A stretch of DNA of 64,000 bases from Scyliorhinus canicula. Taxonomy: Eukaryota. The notes under the pieces are model-generated. The model ran no database searches. It worked only from the letters and a program-made list of their open reading frames with translations, and was not told where the DNA came from. The position numbers and the translations under genes were made by a program. Location: the NCBI RefSeq assembly GCF_902713615.1, contig NC_052160.1:65771402-65835401 (forward strand), in the 5' to 3' direction. Numbering within the stretch: position 1 is the first letter of the stretch; the number at the start of each line of letters is the position of its first letter. Below are positions 25,501 to 40,500 of this stretch, one piece after another.

Positions 25501-28500
25501 GAAATCTGCACCCTCAAAAAAAAAAGTAACAGATGAGGACTTTAAATACAATGTACTGTTCCTTATCAAAATAAGGTTTGAAAGAATTCTTTTTCCGAGG
25601 AAATATTTGCGGTTTTAATACATTTTCCCCATTTCAATGATACACATTGGGGGTAATTTTAACCCCCAGATATGCGTGGGTTTGGGCCAGGTGGAAAGTT
25701 AAAATTCTTTATATTTCAAACCAGAACACAAACTGCCTGGAACCTACCCATTTCTGGTTTTGATGTATGTGGGTGACCAATTAGCACCCATTAGGAATAT
25801 TAGTAAATGAAAGCTAATCAGGTTTCCCTGGTCTCAGGAAACCCGGCAGATAAAAAACAACAGGGCAGAATCCTTTGGGCCTTTTCTGCACCAACCAGCA
25901 TGCCCTTGCTCAGGCTGTGACGACAATCTAGCCCTCCCCATCCCCCACCTCCCCAACTACACTCTAACCCTGGTAACCATCTCCTGACCCCCAAACCAGG
26001 CTCAAACCCACCTGCGATTACTATCTTATAATAATAATAATCTTTATTGTCACAAGTAGGCTTACATTGCAATGACATTACTGTGAAAAGCCCCCAGTTG
26101 CCACATTCTGGCGCCTGTTCGGGAACACAGACAGAGAATTCAGAATGTCCAAATGACTTAACAGCATGCCTTTCGGGACTAGTGGGAAGAAACTGGAGTA
26201 CCTGGAGGAAACTCACGCAGACAAGGGGAGAACATGCAGACTCCGTGCAGGCAGTGACCAAGCCGGGAATCGAACATGGGAACTTGGCGCTATGAAGCCA
26301 CAGTGCTACCGACTGTGCTAACGTCCTGCCCCCCCATTCAGACTTAAACCCTTTTCCCTCCATCTTGATCCCCAACCATGCTTGAAAACATCTTAGGCCA
26401 TCCTTTCATTCAATGATCACATTCTACTGCACATACCACCTTTCCCTTCATCACCACAATCTACTCCTCTTGACAACCATCCTGGTCCATCAAACAATTC
26501 CACAGTTACCATTTTCACCCCCATCATGATTACTTGCTCAACCCATCACAAGACATACATACTCCTCTACTGTGTTCTTCTGCTGCAGACTGCCAATCAG
26601 GCTGGTTGCCTAACGAGCAGGAAAGCCTGCAGCAAATAAAAACTGAAGAACATTCAGGAAACCTGCACTTCAAGGTTTCCCATCCATAACTCTCCCCTGC
26701 TCTGAACATATGCCTCTGAAAACTGTGGAGCCATCGCATCAGGAGTTCCAATAAACAATTGATCAGATGACATCAGGCAGGAATACTGTAGTCTGTTGTA
26801 AATTCTCTCCAATTACATTGAGCATATCATGATTATTTACGCAATACCGACAATCAGCATGAAATATTTCTGCATTAGATGCCCGGTCAATTTCAAGACT
26901 TAGAAAGGCCACCAATCTGTTTACAATCGGAGCAAGCAGAATGACCAATATTTGTTGCACGTGGACCCCAAAATATCATACTTCTACAATGAGAGGAAAG
27001 ATTAATAAAACTACAAGTAAGACTACAAGAAAACTGTAAGAAGTGTGTTTGTGTGGCCTTTGCCTCCCTGATGGCTCAGAGGCGGATTTTGCTGGGATGG
27101 AGGGACTCGAAGCCTCCAAAGTCGGGGGTTTGGGTCAGTGACATGGTAGGGTTTCTTAAGCTGGAGAAAATTAAGTTCGCCTTAAGGGGTTCGTTACAGG
27201 GGTTCGCTCGGAGGTGGCAGCCATTCGACTTCTTCAAAGAAAATTGACCGTCAGCAGGGGAGGGGAGGCATGGAAGGGATGGATAAGGGCAGGGAATCCA
27301 ATGTATGGGTAGTTAAGGTGTGGGGAGTTGTGTGTTATTGCAGGGTCCTTGAGTGAGTTGGATCTCTCTGTTTAGAATGTTAAAATTATAAATGCTTCAA
27401 TAAAATATTTTCTAAACAAGAAAAGAAGTTTGTTTGTGTGCGTTGGGTAGTGGGCAAGAGGAAAGGGATTACTACAGCTCATTCAACTCCCTTGGTGCTC
27501 TACCCCATCAAATCTTCTCTTTACTCACATAGATTTAGCTTCCTTTTCATCCCAACCTCTCTGTGATTTAAAGCCAACAATCATTTTCCTGCTTTCCCCA
27601 GTTTCTATACCGTTCAAATGTTGGTACTAAAGAATGTACTTAAATGCATAAATACTATTTGGCCCAGGAGGCACATTGGAACATTTACAGATATAGAAAT
27701 AATCCTTCCCTCAAATCATTCCTCTGCCCAGATGCTGGCTTTTCACAATTCCTGCACAGGCAGATTGATGGATAATCATATACACAACATACCTGTATCT
27801 TCCTGAGGTTGAACAGAAGTCACAGTACCGATGTAATTCAGCGGTTGAAACAATGCTGTTGCAGCTTGCATCCTCAGTGACTTCGGACTACAAAAAAATA
27901 TACAGTCAAAGGGATTGCTGAACCAATAAATAAAGGTTCCAATTACATGTTGCCTTCAAGCATACAAAGACTCCAAATTATCTAATAATGTCATAGATAT
28001 GCTCAGGCTGCATGAATCTTGGTGTTTAGCCAAAAAGAACATCATTCTTCTAAGTGGAATAGATCTTTTTAGACTAACAATGGCCATAACATTGCAATTC
28101 AGGGGAGGCAATGTCTCAATTTAATGTTGTGCTATTGACAACAAATTATCTGAAAGGTGGACTGGAAACAATGTAAGGATTATTTTCCTGATGGGAAGGG
28201 ATATTTACCTGATTGGATGTCTTTACAACAAGGCATTGTTTTGGGGGAAGATGATTCCCTACTGAATGGTCGGAGAACTAAACAATGTATTTTAAATAAG
28301 ACTGCATCCATTGGTGTTCAAATCAATCCTTTTTTTTCCTTCTTTTTTTTAATAAATTTAGAGTAACCAATTCATTTTTTTTTCCAATTAAGGGGCAATT
28401 TAGCGTGGCCAATCCACCTACCTTGCACATCTTTGGGTTGTGGGGGCGAAACCCACGTAAACACGGGGAGAATGTGCAAACTCCACACAGAACAGTGACC

Positions 28501-31500
28501 CAGAGCCGGGATCAAACCTGTCATCTCGGCGCCGTGAGGCAGCAGGGCTAATCCTCTGCGCCACCGTGCTGCCCCTTCAAATCAATCCTTACCTTTCATG
28601 ACTACACAACAGTGACCACTTAAGATATCATCACATTTAAAGTGTAATCTTTATTCAGTCAGGACGCTTTCAATGTCTTTGCCCCTTCAAATGCCATTTT
28701 TATCCACAGTGGCATCCATTTATTATAACCATGTTCCCCAGCACTAGTGTAACATGGTCACAATTTCAATATCTCCCTTTACCTTTCAGAACATTATTTA
28801 TATATGTTTCTGGTAAAGTGATAGTAAATTTTGATTCTACATGCTTGTGTCAGAGAGAGTATGGTGTGGTACAGTGGATTGGTTGAGATTGCTAAAATAA
28901 AAATTCTGGTTTGGTTGTAAAATAAGAAAAATGCCATCCTTAGTGAAATAAATCCCTGCAAGGAGTGGAAGCAGCCACCACTTGATAATAAAGCTGATTT
29001 TATTTATTAAGTCTTCTAAAAAAGAATAATTTTAATATATAAATATGGAGCGCAATAAATTAACTTAAATTGTTTGCCTCCGGTAATTTAAATTGGCAAT
29101 ATGCTTGAATAGCCTTCATAAAGAGAAAATACTCAATTTATTCTCCCAAACTGAAATAAAATTCAGGTCCCTGAAGAACAGTGTTCAAACATATTGCATC
29201 ACTCATTAATCTTAAAAACTCAAGATTATTTCCATAAATCTCTTGTTCAAAATAAATTTATATTCTCTTTAAATGCAGACTTGATGTGAGATTTCTGAAA
29301 AATTACATTGATGAAAAGTGGTCAACACAAATTGAATTTCATATCTATCAATACAATTAAAGCTTTGCATATAGCATGCATCACAAATTCAATGTATAGC
29401 GTGGTATATTAAATGTGTCCATACATTAACAAATTATCACAATTTCCTTATTCAAACTCAGATGTGCATGAAAGACTACTCTTAAGGAAATCAATCTATC
29501 AGTTTATGGTTGGTTGGGTTTTTGTTATGTTGGTTTTGTGTAATATCTTCTGTGGGTAATGTGGGTTTGGTTATAAAATTTACTATAAAATGGAAGATTT
29601 TTAATAAAAAAATTTTAAAAAGAAAATCTATCAATTATGAATGAGGAACCTGCACAATTATTATTAATAATAATAATTCAAACTCAAGTTCCCAATCTAT
29701 TGGCAGTCGAGACCACACAATATCATAGATCCCTACAATGCAGAAGGCCATTCGGGCCCTCAAGTTTCCACCGACCCTCTGAAAGAGCACCACCCTATAC
29801 AGGCGCAATCCCCTATCCCCACAATCCCATCTAGGGGTAATTTTGCATAAACAATCCACCTAACCTGCACATCTTTGGACTATGGGAGGAAACCGGAGCA
29901 TCCGCAGGAAACCCATGCAGACACGGACAGAATGTGCAAACTTCACACAGTCACCCGAGGTTGGAATCGAACCAGAGGCCTTGGTGCTATGAGGCAGCAG
30001 TGCTAACCAATGTGCCACCCCAAACCAACTACAATGTGCAAATTATTTATTGACCAGCTTCAACTATCATTATGTATCATTATAAAATAATTCTTTGAAA
30101 TTGGGGCAAGAACATTAAGAGAACCTGTTTAGGTCACTAATTATTTATTAAAAACAACTCCAAATTGTTTCCCCAAATATGTCTGGTCTTCTTGGATTTG
30201 AGATCAGCTGCATTTCCCACTTCCATCATACACCTGGACCTTGTTGGAATAATCTAGCAGCAGACACTCAAAGTGCACTAGCATCACTCCGCATATATCA
30301 CACCGATAGATTATTACTCCCACCGTGTTCATAACTCTAAATGCACCAAAACTCCCAGATGCAGCTTATACTTGACCATTGAATCTTATAAAGTACTGCT
30401 GAAAAACAAAACGTTTTTGTTTAAACTTTTTCTCTTGCACTCAGCACAATTCACAAGGAAATACTAATGTCAAGGGAAACAGCATTTATACCGAGAAGGG
30501 AGTGCTAATTGGTTGGCAAGTGGACTCTGATTGGTGGAGACTGCTGTGGAGAATGCACCAGTTTATGCTAAGAACTGTTTGAATTTTAAACCTGACAGCT
30601 TGACTCTGGTTGGGGAATGAAACAGCGAATGGTTGTCACTAATTTTGTTTAGCTGAAACAAGGCGTAAGGTGTATGCATGTTCCTTCTGTCTGCAAAGAA
30701 CAGCTTCCAATATATGCAAAGGCGCCACATTGCAAGCTTGACTGACAATCTTAAATTGTTTGCCTGCGTTATTCTTAGCATACTGAGGATTATTTTGCAA
30801 ATGTTGTCCAATTGCAGAATCAGATCTAAGATTGGAGAAACAGCTGCTTTTGACGTGAATGGAGGAAGTCTCTTGCTTGGCCTTTACCAAAATGGTGTCC
30901 GGTCAGACCCACACCAGAATTGTGTGCATGGTGCTATTTTAGATACAAGCTGAAAAGCGGTGCACTATTGGTGTTGAATTGCCAGTGTGCAATATTTGAA
31001 TGAAATAATTATATAAAAGCATATATCAGTTGCATCATTTTTGAAAATAAAAAAGATTAAGTTGACAATGCATCAGATAGGCAAGTACGTTTTCAGCTGG
31101 GTACAGGGCTCAAGACTAGGATGAGGTCTAAATATTGCAGCAGCCAACGTACAACCATATGGTATTTTCAGTTTGCGAGACACCTTCGCTTATTCGGCAA
31201 GCATGACCCTGACCTTCCTGTCGCTAGCCATTTTTAACTCACCATCTTGCTCTCATGCCCACATGTCCCTGCTTGGCATGCTGCAACACAAACTGAAGGA
31301 ACAACGCCTCATCTTCCGAGTGGGCACTTTACAGCCTTCTGGACTCAACACGGAGTTCAACAAATTTATACTGTGAACTTCCCCATCACCTTGACCCTTT
31401 AAAAAATCTCAAAATGTCTTTTGGCCCCGTGCATCCACCCATCCCCACAGGGCCAGCGGTCACTTGTTCTTTACTTTTGTTTTTGTGTCGCACTGATATC

Positions 31501-34500
31501 TGTTCTGCTATTACCACATTCAGCTATCTTACATTTATGCCATTATTAGCATCTTCTATAGTTTTTAACACTGCCATTAACACTTAAACATCTGTGTGCA
31601 GTCTGTCCTTTCACCTATCACTGATCTGTTTTGCTCCACCCCCTTCTCTAACAGTATAACATCATATTTCTCCCTCTCTTTAACTCAGAAGAAGACTCAT
31701 ACGGACTGAAAATGTTAACTCTGTCTCCCCAGACTTGCTGAGCTTCTGTTTTTATTTCAAATTTTCAGCATCTGCAGTATTTAGCTTTCATCATTATGGT
31801 ATTTTCACTGAACAGCATATACCTAATTTACTCTACATTTATTTGTAACTGAAGTGAACGCTCAGACTTCCATACCAGCTCTTGAGCTTTAGGATCCCTG
31901 AAGCTAACGTCAATGCTTCAGCCTGATTCAGTAATCTCAATAAGAGACTTAGTAAATCCCAGATCTTAGGCTCCAAGACGTCACATGGAACTGTTCTGCA
32001 GGATAAAATGAAAATAATCCTTTTTCACTCCATACACAGCTCTTACAAAAAAGAAATCACACATCAGCAAAAGATACTTGTAGCAATCACAGTGTCATAG
32101 ATATTTATCTACGTTCCCATCAGTATTTGTTTCATTATCCCTGATTAGGGTTGTGGTATCATTCAGGCACAATGCCAACTGGCATGAGTAGAAAGTCTGA
32201 TTAGCCATTTTTCTACCTCCTCTGCATCACACAATTGAGTGTGATAAAACATCCCCTCAGGGTACAAGGATATAAATGTGATTGCAATTAAGCTGCAGTT
32301 TCAGCTGTGAAGATTGTGAAGCTTCACTCCACTCATTTTTTATTCTGCAAATATGATGGCAAATTCACAATGGATTATATGTTACAATGTTTATATCTGT
32401 AAAAGTCAGTGGCTAATTTTCACCTCTTTGTTCATTCTTTTACTCAGGCTGCTACTCCTGTCATCAATTGTTAAATTACTAATAAAATGCCAGGATAACT
32501 CCCCTGCTTCTCTTCAAAATAGAGCCATGGGATTGTTTATTTGAGAAAGCAGAGAAGGCCTTGGTTTAACTCTTTGAAAAACACCTCTGACAGTGCAACA
32601 CTCCCTCAGTACTGTACAACACTGCTAAGTGTCCGGAGTGGGACTTGGACCCAAAAACTTCTGACTCAGAGTTGAGAATGCTACCAACTGAGCCAATGTT
32701 ACTGATAACCAAAATGCCTATTCCTGCTCTTAAGTTATCATCAATAAGCAGTGAGTTGGCACTCTCAAACATTCCCATAGTATAGTCTCTTGGGTTGACA
32801 TATGAAATAAATTTAGAAAATATTGTATTTAGAACAGCAATCAAAGACACTTTTAAGACCATAAGACCATAAGACATAGGAGTGGAAGTAAGGCCATTCG
32901 GCCCATCGAGTCCACTCCGCCATTCAATCATGGCTGATGGGCATTTCAACTCCACCTCCCAGCATTCTCCCCATAGCCCTTAATTCCTCGCGACATCAAG
33001 AATTTATCTATCTCTGCCTTGAAGCCATTTAGCGTCCCGGCCTCCACTGCACTCTGCGGCAATGAATTCCACAGGCCCACCACTCTCTGGCTGAAGAAAT
33101 GTCTCCGCATTTCTGTTTTGAATTTACCCCCTCTAATTCTAAGGCTGTGCCCACGGGTCCTCGACTCCTCGCCTAACGGAAACAGTTTCTTTGCGTCCAT
33201 CCTTTCTAAGCCATGTATTATCTTGTAAGTTTCTATTAGATCTCCCCTTAACCTTCTGAACTCCAATGAATACAATCCCAGGAACGCCAGCCGTTCCTCA
33301 TATGCTAGACCCGCCATTCCAGGGATCATCCGTGTGAATCTCCGCTGGACACGCTCCAGTGCCAGTATGTCCTTCCTGAGATGTGGGGCCCAAAACTGGA
33401 CACAGTACTCCAAATGGGGCCTAACCAGAGCCTTATAAAGGCTCAGTAGCACATCGCTGCTTTTATATTCCAACCCTCTTGAGATAAATGACAACATAGC
33501 ATTCGCTTTCTTAATCACGGATTCAACCTGCATGTTTACCTTTAGGGAATCCTCGACTAGCACTCCCAGATCCCTTTGTACTTTGGCATTATGAATTTTC
33601 TCACCGTTTAGAAAGTAGTCTATGCTTGGATTCTTTTTTCCAAAGTGCAAGACCTCACATTTTCTCACGTTGAAATGCATCAGCCATTTCCTGCACCACT
33701 CTCCCAAACTGTCTAGATCCTTCTGCAGCCTCCCCACTTCCTCAGCACTACCTGCCTGACCACCTAACTTCGTATCATCAGCAAACTTCGCTAGAATGCC
33801 CCCAGTCCCTTCATCCAGATCATTAATATATATGGTGAACAGCTGCGGCCCCAACACTGAACCCTGTGGGACACCGCTGGTCACCGGCTGCCATTCCGAA
33901 AAAGAACCTTTTATCCCAACTCTCTGCCTTCTGTCAGACAGCCAATCCTCAACCCATGCCAGTAGCTCACCTCGAACACCATGGGCCCTCACCTTACTCA
34001 GCAGCCTCCTGTGTGGCACCTTATCAAAGGCCTTTTGGAAATCCAGATAGACCACATCCACGGGGTTTCCCTGGTCTAACCTACTTGTCACCTCCTCAAA
34101 GAATTCTAACAGGTTCGTCAGGCACGACCTCCCCTTACTAAATCCATGTTGACTTGTTCTAATCCGACCCTGCTCTTCCAAGAAATTAGAAATCTCATCC
34201 TTAACGATCGATTCTAGAATTTTACCAACAACCGAGGTTAGGCTAATTGGCCTATAATTTTCCATCTTTTGTCTTGATCCTTTCTTGAACAAGGGGGTTA
34301 CAACAGCGATCTTCCAATCGTCCGGGACTTTCCCTGACTCCAGTGATTTTTGAAAGATGGTTAACTCTCAACTACTTCTTATGCTCAAAAATTGTAACCT
34401 CCCACAGGACACACAAAATGTGACGCAAGTAACATCATGTCAGGATACAGAAGGCGTTACTTGACAATTTGCCAAGGAAATGCACTTAAGCAGACAAGAG

Positions 34501-37500
34501 CCGGAGGCAGTTTTACCCCCAAGAATAAGACATTTGCTTCCAAAGGTTTTCGACCTAAAAGCTAACCCAACTAGAATGAAAAACATTCATCATGCCTCTT
34601 TACCTCTTTCTCCACCTTTTAGATGCTCCTTAAAACCTACCTCTTTGACCATGATTTTGTTCATCTTCCCTAATATTTCATGTGGCTGTGTCAAGTTTTG
34701 ATTTATAACCCTTCTCTGAAATGTATTAGACATTTTACTACATTAAAGGCAGTATATAAAATACAAATTATTGTAAGTTCTGGTAGAAAATAAAGCAAAT
34801 TTCTGCTCATCACAGCTTCACCAGATTTATTTTTGCTGCTACGCTTACCTGGATACATTCAAGAAAAGCTTTGTTAAGGGTTGACCAAGTCCAGTCAGGT
34901 CACCCTTTAAAAGTAATTTTATACTTTCTTCTATTTTAGGCCACAATGATACGATGGCAACTGGATAGTTGGTTCCAGAAACCATGGATAGTAGTTTCAG
35001 GGCTTGCTGGATGTTAGAAGTGACACCCGACTTCAGGAAATCTTCAATGTGCCCAGTAATGGCATAGACACAATCTGACCAATCCACAGAATGCAAAGCG
35101 GCAACTGTGTCATTTAACTGGATTTTGCTGCCATTTCCCAAAAAAGCAAGTTCAGAACATTGTAAAGAGAAAGACAAAATATTTGCTAAAAGGTGACTAG
35201 CCGTCGAGGCCACAAATATGCTCGGGTCCTTCTGAAGCCGTATAATCTCGTCAATACAGTCTGTTGGCAAAACGAGAAAGTAAATGTAATTCTTTGTTGA
35301 AATTAGAAACAGGACAATATAGCAAGTTTTCTGATAAAGTAGAAATTCAAACAGAATGCTACCCTTAAAAGTACATGAGTTGCATCTCACTGGTATTGAA
35401 AACTCTTAAAGTAAATGGAATGGGTCAGCAAATTCAGTGATCTATTTGCCTAATCATAAAGCTACTAGTGACATTCCCAAATTTGGAAACTAGAAAGCAC
35501 CCGACGTAAACTTTACGGCCCTGGCAGACCCCAAGAACAACCTGAGTTAATGGTTTGCCCAGTAACTCAAAGTAATGAAGGTACTGTGTTTTCCTGGTTG
35601 TAGATAGCCAAGTGTGTTGTATACTGGTAGAGTGGAGGAATACTATTTCCCATTGCCATCCTAAATAGACATTCTCCAACTTTCAAGGCAAATCCCACAG
35701 TCGGACATAAAGTTTGAATTATGGCACTTTCACATTACTGTGCGTGCACAAATTTTGTTAATCTGCTTGGGGGTGATCTTATTAATAATAATAATAATAA
35801 TAATAATAATCGCGTATTGTCACAAGTAGGCTTCAATGAAGTTACTGTGAAAAGCCTACTTATGACAATAAGCGATTATTATTATTATTATTATTAAGAT
35901 CACCCCTAAGCAGATTCTTGTAGAGGTCTATAAAATAATAAATGGCATAGATAAGGTAGATAGTCAACATCTTTTCCCAAAGGTAGGAGAGTCTAAGACT
36001 AGAGGGCATAGGTTTACGGTGAGAGGGGAGAGATACAAAAGAGTCAGGGGGGCATTTTTTCAGAGCGTGGTGACTGTCTGGAACGAACTGTCAGAGGCAG
36101 TAATAGAGGTGGGTAAAATTTTGTCTTTTGAAAAGCATTTAGACAGTTAAATGGGAAAGATGGGTATAGAGCAATATGGGCCAAAAGCAGGCAATTGGTA
36201 TTAGCTTAGTGGTAAAAACCAGGCGGCATGGACAAGTTGGGCTAAAGGGCCTGTTTTCATGCTGTAAACATCTATGACTCAATGTGAAATCAATTCCACA
36301 ATTTAAAATGGGCCAAATTCGATAGAACCAGCAAATCAGGTTTTATAGAACTATTTTTGAAGCCGATCCGACGAGAGGACATGACATCGGCCTGATCCAA
36401 ACTTTAAAAAAGATGTTGGCAATAGCATAAATATGAAAATTGTGAAAATTCAGAGACAGTTATTATAAATCTGTGATACAAGACAAAATAGGTCATAGTT
36501 TACAATCTAAGTGACAAGCACAGAAGGTGGGCAGAAATAGCCAGAGACAAACAACCTCCTCAATCTGTACAGATATAAAATGGGAGAGCACAAGGAAGTA
36601 ATACCACATATCTTCCTGTTAGTTTTATCGGCTATGCATCCACCCGAATTGTTTCAGTGGTCTCAATAGATATTTACAACAGACACTGTGTGCATATTTA
36701 GTGCATATTTTAGCAGAACGCACATTTGCCTACAAAAATAAGATTGGAGAGAGTTTAAGTGATTACCATATTTACAGAGAAATTGAATCACAGCTTCATG
36801 CTGCAGCATATTTTGGATCCCTAAAAGCCATCCGCATCTTACAGTTGCTTCCTCCCATGTTTCTGACCCAAGGCTTGCTGGACTCCCAAACATACTGCTC
36901 AGAATCCCATCATTCTGGAATAACAAGGTTATTGAAATTGTAGCAACACTTTTGATGAATAAAATACAATCAAAAATGAATTACTTAATTGACCAATTCC
37001 CCGCTCCCCGACAGCTCGAATATTTCTTCCGCAAATTAAAAAAATAAAAATCACCACGAAGAGAATTATAATCGGATGCTCTGTCAACATTGACCAGAAA
37101 TTGAACTGACAGTCAAATAAATACTTTGGCTGCTGCTGCGAGTAACTAATCTCCTGACTCCTCAAAGCCTGCCCACCATCTACAAGGTACAAGTCAGGAG
37201 TGTGATCGAATATTCTCCACTCGCCTGGATGAGTGCAGCTCCGACAACACTCAAGAAGCTGGACACCATCCAAGACAAAGCAGCCCATTTGATAGCCCAC
37301 CCTATCAACAAACATCCACTCCCTCCACAACTGACACACTGTGGCAGCATCGACAAGATGCACTGCAGGAACTCACCAAGGCTCCTTGGACAGCACTTTC
37401 CAAATCCAGGGCCACTGCTATCTAAAAGGACAAGGGCACCACTACTTGGAAGTTCCCCCAAGTCATTCACCATCCTGACATGGAGATATATCGCCATTCC

Positions 37501-40500
37501 TTCATTGTCGCTGGTCAAAATCCTGGAACTCCATCCCTAACAGCACTGTGGGTGTACCTCATGGACTGCAGCAGTTATAGAAGACAGCTCATCACCGCCT
37601 TCTCAAGGGCAATTAGGGATGGGCAGTAAATGACAATAACATCCACATCCCATAAGTGAATTTTTAAAAAATCTTATGGAACTGACTAAATAATTCATAA
37701 CTTGTAGACTTTCTGGAAGTAACATCCTCCCTTCCTATCACCACAAAAACCAACATAGTACGAGTCACGACAGGGAGAACACCATTCAGCATGACTTCCT
37801 GAGTCTTGGCAGCTGGAAACATTGCCGTCAAAGGTGGAACATTTAAAAATCAGATTTGTGCAAGAGACCAGAATTGAAAAAAAAAACCACAGCTATCTCT
37901 GACAAGAAAGGGACAAGGCCATGGAGGGATTTGAAAATAAAGATGGAAATTTTTAAAAACGTGGTGTTGCCTAACTGGGAGCCAATGTTGGTCAGTGAGT
38001 ACAGGGAAGACCGGTGAATAGGACTTGGTGTAAGTTAGGCAACTGAGTTCTGGATGCGTTCACGGCTAGGGATTGCTACTCATACATAGAGTATGTGTGT
38101 TCATTACATTTCAAGATGTCCAGCAAATTAAAGAACAAAAACAGAAAATGTTGGAAATACTCAGTGGGTCTGGCAGCATGTGAAAAGGTTAATTTTTTAA
38201 GATTTGCACCCTTTGCTAAACTGAACAATATTTTGGGGTGTAAATCGCTTTTCAAGTTTAGAGAAATTTGGTCTGTATCGTCAGCATTTTCGTTTTGAAT
38301 TTTAACCATTTTCTTGGTGTTTCTTTCCCTTTGTACAGAAAGACGTTTTTTCTGACCATAACATTTTAATTATGGGAACATTACCTGAATTTAGCAGTCA
38401 TAATTAATGATCACAAGCAAGCAATTCAGCATCAAACAAAATAACTTAAAAACTAATTAATTGTTTTCTACTTACTTACCTCCAACTCATGGAAATAGTT
38501 TTCTGAAGCTGCAAAGAGTCCAGTCAGCCTCATAATGAAGGAGAGGGTGCTCGGGTTAAGGTCCCTCTGCTTGGGTATATTTACAATTATATGTGTCAGG
38601 CATGGAATCCTCTGAAGAATATACAATTCAGTTTCTGATGGGAGCCCAGAAAAAAAAGTCAATAAAATCTTACATAGATTTAATGTCTGATATTATTACT
38701 ATAGTTTACAATGCTTCTGTATTTTAATCATTGGGACTCCTTAGCCAAGACCAATTCATAGAATCCCTATGGTGCAGGAGGAGGCCATTTGGCCCATCAA
38801 CCCTCCAAAAGAGTACCCTTCCTAGGCCCACTCGCTCCTCCTATTACGTAACCCCACCTAACCGTTAGACATAAGTGGCCAATCCACTTAATCTGCACAT
38901 CTTTGAACTGTGGAAGAAATCGGAACATTTGGGGGAAACCCACACAGACACGGGGAGAAAGTGCAAACTCCACACAGTCACCCAAGGCCGGAATTGAACC
39001 CGGGTCCCTGGCGACGTGAGGCAGCAGTGCTAACCACTGGCTACCATGCTGCCCAGGTTAGGTGGATCGTATCCCTCTATTCCCAACCTATTCACGTATT
39101 TGTCAAGATGCCCCTTAAATGTCACTATCATCCCTGCTTCCACCACCTCCTCAGGCAGCGAGTTCCAGGCACCCACTGCCCTCTGTGTAAAAACTTGCCT
39201 CGTATATCTCCTCTAAACCTTGCCCCTCGCACCTAAACCTATGCCCCCTTGTAATTGACCCCTCTAGCCTGGAAAAAAGTCTCTATCCATTCTGTCTATG
39301 CCCCTCATAATTTTGTAGACCTCTATCAGGTTGCCCCTCAACCTCTGTCGTTCCAGTGAGAACAAACCGAGTAAATTCAATCTCTCGTCATAGCTGATGC
39401 CCTCCATACCAGACAATATCCAGGTAAATCTCTTCTGCACCCTGTCTAAATCCTTCACATCCTTCTGGTAGTGTGGCGACCAGAATTGAACACTATACTC
39501 CAAATGTGGCATAACTAAGGTTCTATACAGCTGCAACATGACTTGCCAATTTTTATACTCAATGCCCCGGCCAATTAAGGCAAGCATGCCCTATGCCTTC
39601 TTGACTACCTTCTCCACCTGTGTTGCCCCCTTCAGTGATCTGTGGACCTGTACACCTAGATCTCTCTGACTGTCAATACTCTTGACGGTTCTACTATTCA
39701 CTGTACATTCCCTACCTGTATTAGACCTTCCAAAATGCATTAACTCACATTTGTCCGGATTAAACTCCACCTGCCATCTTACGTAGTCTTATGTGTTAGC
39801 GACTCTACCTTATATCAGTTGTGCCAACAGGGGAGTCTGCCATCCGTAAAGCAGTGGCACAATTTATTATGCCAAGGATATTCCCGCGAAAAACAAAAGT
39901 AGGGCAGCCAGGCAAATGAATGAGAATGCCAGATCAAACTATAAATCAAACAGATCCACCTTAACAGAAGTCCAAAGAGGTCGATGAGCATTTTTGTCTG
40001 TGGAAATAACATCTCGATTTCAATTCAGAATCATATGTTACTTGAAGGTGTATGGGCCAAACAACTCCAAACCACCTTTCACTCAATAATTTAAAAAAAA
40101 ATTTAGAGTATCCAATTTTTTTCCCTCCCAATTAAGGGACAATTTAGCATGGCCAATCTACCTATCCTGCACATCTTTGGGTTTGTGGGGGGTTAGACCC
40201 ACGTAGACATGGGGAGAATGTGAAAACTTCACACACACAGACATTGACCGGGGGCCGGGATCGAACCCGGGTCCTTAACGCTTTGAGGCAGCAATGCTAA
40301 CCACTGTGCCACCCACCTTTCACTCAATATGATCAGAACTCGCATTCATTTGCAATGCCAACTCAATTCCTCATAGGTACATGTCTAGCATAATTTGGAA
40401 TCCTCATTTGGGAAATCCATAGGTTGGCTGTTGTGGGGACTTGGATACATTAGTGGAGTAGAAATATTGCTGCAGCAGAATGGATGCCAATTATTTAAAA

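Noticed and set aside
26763-26960. 65-aa minus-strand ORF in a BRAT1 intron
   Set aside because: No recognisable homology, and the flanking BRAT1 exons join in frame without it.
32946-34292. 448-aa RT ORF as a domesticated host gene or novel RT system
   Set aside because: It is a 5'-truncated CR1 ORF2 with the normal CR1 3' tail, no endonuclease domain and no ATG start.
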